NCBI GenBank assembly: GCA_973851085.1
Contig: OZ316775.1
Location: 20,026,001-20,090,000, forward strand
From: Ptychomitrium polyphyllum
Lineage: Eukaryota
Length of the DNA stretch: 64,000 bases
Reading direction: 5' to 3'
Positions 63,200-64,000 of the stretch are shown here, in pieces (positions within the stretch are counted from its first letter, which is position 1; every line of letters starts with the position of its first letter). Below the pieces are notes generated by a model, which was not told where the DNA came from, ran no database searches, and saw only the letters and a program-made list of their open reading frames with translations. A program made the position numbers and the translations under genes.

Positions 63200-64000
63200 C
63201 CTAAGAAACCGCTAAGTTAGGAAATTCTTACAAGAATTGTCCCAGACCTAGGATTCTATTCCATTACCAAATAACTCTATTAACAAATTTTACAATCGTC
63301 CATGGCTTTTAAGAAGCAATCTAAGCTCCTTGGGTGTTTCTTCCACATGTACACATAGGTTATATTATGGTGGTGCACGTACGCTACCTAGTCAATACCT
63401 AGATGATACTCCGGTATAAGGAAGACATGACGACATGTAGGGAACCTGACTTTTATTCTATTTTCTGGTTTTTCCAAAAGTCCTCTCACTGGACAATGGA
63501 GAAGGTAAGAGACAAAACCGACAGTGCTGCATACACGGAAGCACCTCGGCTCAAAGGCCAGCATGTCACCAATGAGTAAGAAAGGACCCAAGTGCCGCTG
63601 GAGCAGATTTCAAGACAGGGACAGCAGGCCCCTCTCTTAAAAATGGCACGAATGCTAATTCAAAGTCGGCTAACCTTGTAGCCAACTCAAGGCTGCGTAA
63701 ACAGATTCTCGTAACTCCCACCTAGAAACAGAGCCAACCCCTTCAGTACTACGCTACAGGCTTCGACGTCCTGCTCAGGTTCCATTCTCAATGACTTCGT
63801 CCCAAAACCGCCATTATCTACACCTTGAGTGTCTTTGAACCTACGAAAAAACAGATCATGTTAGTTTTAGTTACAGTGACGGTCTTTCAATTTTGCCACT
63901 CTTGCCAAGCATTGAGTCCTTTGTCAAAATCTTGTTCGACTTTATGTGTCAAGTTTATGTGTCCAATCACGAAACTAAATTCTTACCTCCATGTATTTGT

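Overview
Eukaryotic, intron-containing plant DNA. Gene style and content point to a moss or other bryophyte (inference). Gene-dense blocks are separated by very AT-rich spacers. Genes reconstructed from GT-AG splice sites and protein motifs: an intronless L-type lectin receptor kinase, a 10-exon lipoxygenase, a small ArfGAP, an intronless subtilase, an STK16-type kinase, ribosomal protein RPL12/uL11, an 11-exon DUF1343/NamZ-like exo-beta-N-acetylmuramidase, a RING-HC membrane E3, an F-box-like gene, a short EMB1270-like PPR gene, tubulin cofactor A, an XTH and a CCX exchanger. There are also decayed LRR and kinase pseudogene fragments. Most notable: (1) RPL12 intron 1 holds a tightly packed polycistronic array of about 7-8 box C/D snoRNA-like units, many with non-canonical boxes; (2) a bacterial-type peptidoglycan-recycling NamZ gene is fully intronised but carries a single 1-bp frameshift; (3) a degenerate 18-bp motif (CCxAAAACCGTCA-like) recurs as arrays or single copies upstream of several genes. 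All calls were made by eye, without database searches.
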